From: Podarcis erhardii
Taxonomy: Eukaryota
Assembly: GCA_964252035.1 (NCBI GenBank)
Contig: OZ176207.1
Strand: one strand, 5' to 3'
DNA length: 64,000 nt
Positions 57,815 to 64,000 of this stretch are shown here, one piece after another. The position numbers were made by a program, and so were the translations under genes. The notes below the pieces were generated by a model. The model saw only the letters and a program-made list of their open reading frames with translations, was not told the DNA's origin and did not search any database. The stretch's first letter is position 1, and each line of letters begins with the position of its first letter.

Positions 57815-59034
57815 ATCAAGAATATGCAATAAGAAGAACATATTGAGGGGCACGTGTGTGTGTGTGTGTGTATAAAATACCCTCCACTATGAAGCGGCCC
57901 AAAACTGGAACCCCACCTTCCAGGGTTGCACTCCTGTATGGGTTACACTACCTGTGCAAGTTCGCAGCTCTCCCCCCCCCACCTCCAAATGCACAACCCC
58001 CCAAAACACACATTTTGAGGAACCACACAAGATTGCTACCCTAGAAAAAACACTTTTTGCGGCGAGAGTGCAGCCTAAAATCATGGTGGCCATTTTAGTC
58101 ACCGTCCTCTCAGAAGAAAAAAATGGGACATCCCTTTTTTCCAGGACAATTGGCAGGTATGAGATAGTGGTGGGTAAACTCACCCATTTAGACTTGGAAT
58201 GGGCTGGATCTTTCCAGGCCTTTTTTCTTTTTTTAAAAAAGAGCTTCTGTCCTAAAAGAATATATAGTATCTTAGAAGTCCACCTGGTTCGGCAACATTT
58301 AATTACTGGGTGTGCACGAAATCAATCTCTGTTATTCACAATTTATGCTAATGCAGGCCCCTTAAGGCTCAACCATAAACAGGCAGCTATCATTAGGCTA
58401 AACCGGCTTCCTGGGAGATTTACAATTAAGCAGCTGTCCCAATTAAGCAGAGTGAGGTACAGTAATATTTTACAGTTACGCTGCACCTTTCATCCCAAAG
58501 CATTTTTACCAATTAAAGGTACATAATGCTCTGTAATAGATGCCTCTGTGAAAGTGTTCTCATGCAAGAGTGAGAAAAGGAAGGATTTAAGCCATGACAA
58601 TGCGACAAACACCTGTTCTTAAATAACCAAGATGAGCTTGTAAATTTCAAAGGGGGTGGGGGGTGGGATGGAATCCTGTCGTCAGTGAATTCATTGGAAC
58701 AAATGCTTAAGAAGCTGTCTGAAAGATCCATGTGGCAAATCACGATGGCTGTTCAGACCATCTTAGTAAAAATGCAAAGCATCTGAGCTGAACATATTGC
58801 AACACTTCTTTATCAGGCCAGCGTTTATGACCAGATGACAGGGTTGAAGGACTGGGAATGTGCCACAGACTTATGAGGTGCCTTTCCTCTTCAGACTAAA
58901 TTAGTAGTTTCCTCTTTGGTACAAACCATAATTTACCATTATATATATGGTTTATGCATAACCTCCAGACCAGGTTTGTAAGCCAGGATCAGACCATGGT
59001 TTGCGATTCTAGTTTGGAGATTCAGCTTCATGTG

Positions 59035-59235
59035 CCACTCCAGCGGGAAGGTACGGTAAACGGCGTTTCCATGTGCTGCTCTGGTTCGCCAGAAGCGGCT
59101 TAGTCATGCCGGCCACATGACCTGGAAGCTGTACGCCGGCTCCCTCAGCCAATAAAATGAGATGAGTGCCACAACCCCAGAGACGGTCACGACTGGACCT
59201 AATGGTCAGGGGTCCCTTTACCTTTACCTTTACTT
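59035..59235 (+). mobile_element. Sauria SINE, 5'-truncated
   Basis: The 3' half matches 29265-29445, with a (ttacct)n tail. Confidence 0.85.
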
Positions 59236-60467
59236 TGGGGACCTGCTTTTCAATACAACTCTTAAGAGAACAAAAGTACAATATTCTGTTGCTTCACATG
59301 ATTTTTGTATGGCTCTCCATGTTCAGAAATGTAGGGTTGCCATACATCCATGTAAATCCGGACGTATGGCAGCTGATGTAGGCAGTGTCACTTTTGCCGA
59401 TTTCCCTCAGCAATAGCTCAAAAACATCCCATTTCTTTGCTCAACAACTTGCCCCTCCCCTCAATAAAAAAGCTTAACAATTTTCTGTCCAGATTTTCAT
59501 TGTTTTAAAGATGGCAAACCTAAGAAATGTAATGTCAGAGTCAGCCCAGAGGCTCCCCACCTACACTGCATAAATAGTAGCACGTCATTGCAAACCATTA
59601 TGAAATTCTGCAGAGTCAAGATACATCAATTATAGTACCTGTCTGAACTGTGATTTGCTTAGTCTGACAAATCTGTGTTCCAGCAGTTAATGGAAGCAGC
59701 TGAAACCATGATCTCAGTAGGATCAGCCAAAAGAGTAATTATACAAATCATGTGAACAAAAAAAGGGGAAGGAAGAGGGGGGAGATTTCTAATGAGATTA
59801 TGTAGCAGATAATATATGGAATTTAGCTGGCTTTTTTATTTTTAAAAATTGCTTTTATCAGCTAACACAGCTAAGTATTGAAATACATGCTGTGGCACAA
59901 TCAGATAATCAAACTGTGCACCACTCATGGCAAAGAAATGGATAATAAGCATTTTTAAACAACTAATTAATCAAAAGAATTTGATAAAGTCATTGTTTTT
60001 CTTTCCCAATGCAGTTTATCCATCTAATTCATTCCAGTATCCACTGGTTAATTAAAAAGGTTTTGTAATTTAGTTTCTTTAATAACTTAAATAGATAATG
60101 GATAAAACAGTCTGCAGGAATAAATATTTAGCGGGATCCTCCCTTAATCGTATGAAAATGATGCACCACATTTGCACATACCCCCCACGCACACTCCAAA
60201 AGGGCAAAGCTAAATGGCACAGCACTAAGAATGACAGGCCTGCGTCCAATTTCCCCTCTCTTCTCCGTAATGTTTGCTTCCTGAAATGAACGGCATGGCA
60301 TAATCACATTGCGTGTTTCCCTGTCACAACCCCACATGAACAACCCTCGCACCCCGTGAAAATGCATTATGCTATGACAGCATGTCATATATCTCAGGAG
60401 CTAAATGTTACAGGAACATGAAGGGAGACAGGATGCCTGCGTGGTCACATATTTGCCGGCAAACCCT

Positions 60468-60514
60468 TATTTATTTATTTATTTATTTATTTATTCATTC
60501 ATTCATTCATTCAT
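60468..60514. repeat. Compound (TTTA)n(TTCA)n microsatellite
   Basis: Seen directly. Confidence 0.9.
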
Positions 60515-60996
60515 TTTTCTATCCCGTCCTTTCTCACAAATGAGCCCCGTGCAGCAAACAAGAAGTCGGCAAAACAGTAAGGGAAAAACTAAAAACATTT
60601 CAACACAGCCAAATATCTCATAGCTAATAATTTCAAGTTTGCCAGGAACAGTATCATTCAGCCTGGGTGATGCCTGGGTGAACAGGGTTTTATTTTAATT
60701 TCTTCTGGATGTTAATTCTGAGGGTAATGGATGCATCTCACCAGAGAGAGCATTCCACAAATGGGGAATGGACACTAAATGGAGAATGGACACTATCATT
60801 GGTCAGCACCAATCCACCAGTAACACTACCACCAGGACCTCCCCTACTGATCAATTATGTTCATGTGTTACACACACACCCATCCTCAGGTATTATTGAT
60901 CTGAGCTGGGCCAGGCTAGATTTTTCCTATTTTCCAAACTATTAAAACCCAGATCATGAAGATGATTGTTGGAGTTTAAAGTGAAATGACACTCAC

Positions 60997-61129
60997 CATG
61001 GTCTGCTGGAAATTTCCTCCATTTTAACTGAGCAGCCAGCTGAAATATAAATACCATAGGCCAGTGTCGATAACACGGACAGGCATGGATTAATTCTTCT
61101 TTGGCAAGCTTTTCACGCTTTGCTACTTC
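60997..61129 (-). CDS. CNBD1: CNBD1 exon: EVAKREKLAKEELIHACPCYRHWPMVFIFQLAAQLKWRKFPADH
   Basis: Acceptor ctgtctttcag|GAA and donor CATG|GTGAGT; 133 nt, phase 0 to 1. Matches the CPYY..WP...LKWKKFPPGH segment of CNBD1. Confidence 0.9.
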
Positions 61130-62483
61130 CTGAAAGACAGTTTCATGCTTAAAAGTAGCAATGAAAAGGTATACTATATATGTGTGTGTGTATTTTAAAA
61201 AGGAAAGAAACAAATAAAGAGCAGGGAAAGGGAAGTTGCAGAAATGGAATAAGATACTAAGAAATATGTAGCTCATGAATAGTAGAGATTTTAGCACAAT
61301 ACAGCCAGTACACTTTGAACCTAATTTATTAACAAATTGGAAACAAATTGGAATGAATGGAAGATAGGTTTGTTCAATATGAACACTGAATGGCTGTAAC
61401 ATTATATTCAGAAATATCAATTCCATGTCTGATAACCTAAATGTTAACAGAGCTCCTGAACGGTGTATTGACATGATGGCAATCCATGTTTATTTTTACC
61501 ATAGTCCTGTACTCAATAATTTAATACACAAGTGCAGGAATACACCATTAGATTAATATTTTAACTTTAAAAAAAGCTTTGCACAAACTTTCCCTTCTTG
61601 TCACTCATACCAACTATCTATCAAGGACTTCCCACTGATAGCCCAAAGCAAAGATGAGGAACCCATAGCCCTCCAGATGTTCTTGGACTCCAGCTCTCAG
61701 CAGCCCCAGCCAACATGGCCAGGGGTCAGGGATGGTAGGGGTTCAGTAACATCTGGGGGGCTGTGGGTTCCCCACCCGATACATACACATTTGCCTAGAT
61801 CTTGTACATTTTTTCACATGCCAGTGGGTGCATGTTATTCGAAGGTATGACTGCATGCCACATGTTGGCTATCTATGAGCCTGTCAACATTCCAGCAACA
61901 TTAGAATGATCAATTGGATAACTTACACTCACTACTAAAGGATGCTAGTAGATTTATTTGACTCTTTGTCTGCATCTCAGGAATTTGTGTCCCCCCTCCC
62001 GCATTGTATTGTTTTCTTATTGTAATTTTTTTTTTTTTTTTAAAGAAAATGTTCAGGTTGTGGTTTGTTTGTTTTTTAAAAAATGAACACATTCAATTAT
62101 TTTTCTAAAATACACTGTGTCTGTAGCATAAATTAGACTCAAAGTCAATCCTGCCGGTGTCCACAAAGCGGTACTGATTGTTTGAAGTGTAAGCTGCTGC
62201 TTAGCAAAATCAAAAGCATCTGAGTTGTGAATCAACAAGAAGAACCCTTCAAGGAGACGTGGTTCCAATCTGAGATTAACAGGATTTGGTTCCTGCTCAC
62301 ACAATACACACATCAAGTATACTTAAGAGAGCATTTAGCTACTGGGCATTATAGGGTTTAACACTTCAGTCTTGTAACTTTTTTAAAAGGATTTTTAGTA
62401 TATGAGGCTAAACAAAGACCTAGTAAAGCATACTATTGGTCTGACTAAATATTAACAAACTGTGGTCCCCCATAAAACCTAGG

Positions 62484-62663
62484 AAGTGGCGTCAGAGGCG
62501 GAGCTAACTGTTCTGGCACCCGGAGCAGCGCACATGTTGTGCACCCAGGGGTGGGGCTAGCCTGCGGCGAGCGTCCCAGGGGGTGGGGCGGCAATGTCAC
62601 CCCCCCCCCAGGGATGACACCCGGGGCGAGGTGCACCACCGCAGCCCCCTTCATCCACCAGTG
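62484..62663. mobile_element. Degenerate GC-rich hAT-like MITE
   Basis: agtggcgt start, the ccccccagggatgacacccgggg motif and a degenerate right end. Confidence 0.4.
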
Positions 62664-63180
62664 AGTAGAGTTCACCAAGCCATTATTTAAGTGGAAGCCA
62701 GCACCCTCCCCTCTACTCCCCAACACCCTTTTCATATTTGCTTGGGGATATAGGGAGAGCTCTCAGAACAGTGTGCAGGTGAAGGAGATTGTTTATCTGC
62801 AAACAGAAACACGTGCACTCATGGAACAATTGACTTAGCACAGCTACAGAGCTACAGTTCCCTGAGTTCCCTGGGAAGAGGGATTGATTGTTTCAAAACA
62901 AACACACTGTGGGCTCAAGACAAAAACCCATTGAACTCAATGAGGCTTACTTATGTGTAGGTGACAATTTGCTTGTTGTCCTCTTGCTCCTCCCCACAGC
63001 TTTTCCCATTTGTGTCATGTCTTACAGATTGTAAGCCTACAGGCAGGGCTAGTGTCATTTTTCAGTTTTTAGGCACTTTATGTTGGCAATTACAATGAGC
63101 TCAAAGCAATGTTTTGAAAATCAGGACTTTGATGTAGCATTCACTGAAGACCTGCATAACGTAGGACTCCCCAATCCTTT

Positions 63181-63370
63181 GGGAGAAGCTCAGTGGTAGA
63201 GCATCTGCTGTGCATGAAGAAGGTCCCAGATTCAGTCCTGGCATTTCCAGGTAGGGCTGGGATTCTCCCCTGTCTGAAACCCTGGAGAGCCACTACTAGT
63301 CAGTGAGTAGACAATACTGAGGTAGATGGGCCAGTGGTCTCACTTGGTTTCAGGCAGCTTCCTATCCTCC
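63181..63370 (+). mobile_element. tRNA-derived SINE of the Squam3 type
   Basis: agctcagtggtagagcatctgct..gcat..agaaggtccca head, followed by a CR1-like 3' part (gacaatactgag.tagatgg.cca.tggtct...ggcagcttcctat). Confidence 0.75.
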
Positions 63371-63692
63371 TGTTCTGAAGCATCCCATTAGGCACGAATT
63401 CAGCCCACCAATTTCGCTACTTGCCCGGGACTGAAAAAATTAAGAGAGCCTGTTAAGTGCCTAACAGGCCAGCAAATGGCTGCTGGAGTGTCCATCTTGT
63501 TAGGTTTTAATCAAGCTTTTATCCAGAGATGTAGCTTCAAAGCAACTTTCTACTGCAACTCATTGAAACAAGACGTAGCTTATAGAAGACAGCAGCTTCT
63601 ACACATATACGCACAATATATATATTTTTAAAAGCATGGCCATTTATTTGTTCTTGCCAGGTGCACTTAAGATTTTTTAAAAGATTGCTTAC

Positions 63693-63827
63693 CTCTTTTA
63701 CTCTTAAGTAATCTGTTGATGAGATTTTGAGAAAGTCGCAGTTTTCTTCCGTAACAATTGTGAGCACATTGTGATGCATCTTTGGAGGAAGAGGTTCCAA
63801 AGTCCCAAAGCAACTTCCTATACCAAA
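63693..63827 (-). CDS. CNBD1: CNBD1 internal exon (end of first cNMP-binding-like domain): FGIGSCFGTLEPLPPKMHHNVLTIVTEENCDFLKISSTDYLRVKE
   Basis: Donor GAG|GTAAGC at 63693/63692. A phase-0 acceptor (ttttgaag|TTT) gives 135 nt, but alternative AGs lie nearby, so the 5' boundary is less certain. The peptide resembles the FGTLE...VVTEDDCEILKI segment of vertebrate CNBD1 as I recall it. Confidence 0.8.
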
Positions 63828-64000
63828 CTTCAAAAACATTTTTAAGAGAAGAAAAGAAGTGGAGTGAATTCTAGCACCCCTTTGTGTTTATTTTAATTGG
63901 GTAAATCATACAACATAAAATATTATCAGTGCATTTTCCTTCATGTTTCTTTATATTACAAGCAAAATAAAATTATACACTCCCTGAAAATTCAGTTTAT

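Noticed and set aside
1-64000. CRISPR array, rRNA or prokaryotic operon structure
   Set aside because: None seen; the window is intron-rich vertebrate DNA, and its repeats are TE copies and microsatellites.

Overview
Vertebrate genomic DNA, almost certainly a squamate and probably a lacertid lizard (inferred from Sauria-type SINEs, a Squam3-type SINE, BovB, CR1 and L2). The window holds the 3' part of a minus-strand gene I recognise as CNBD1: seven phase-compatible GT-AG exons from 63827 down to the stop at 5937, giving 263 aa. The gene starts beyond the right edge, and its introns are dense with transposable elements. The standout object is a 7.6-kb, apparently intact tyrosine-recombinase retrotransposon of the Ngaro class (31452-39065, minus strand). 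It has split direct repeats A1-[gag, RT/RNase H, tyrosine recombinase, SGNH hydrolase]-B1-A2-spacer-B2, repeat copies identical by eye, and a shared TTG core at both ends and at the internal B1/A2 junction. About 29 kb away, an ~870-bp ORF-less element (2187-3056) has the same TTG termini. It also shares with the Ngaro 3' module four helices that show compensatory base changes. This points to a conserved structured RNA and a non-autonomous satellite of the YR element, and it is my best candidate for an undescribed system. All repeat-family names come from recognition by eye, not database searches.
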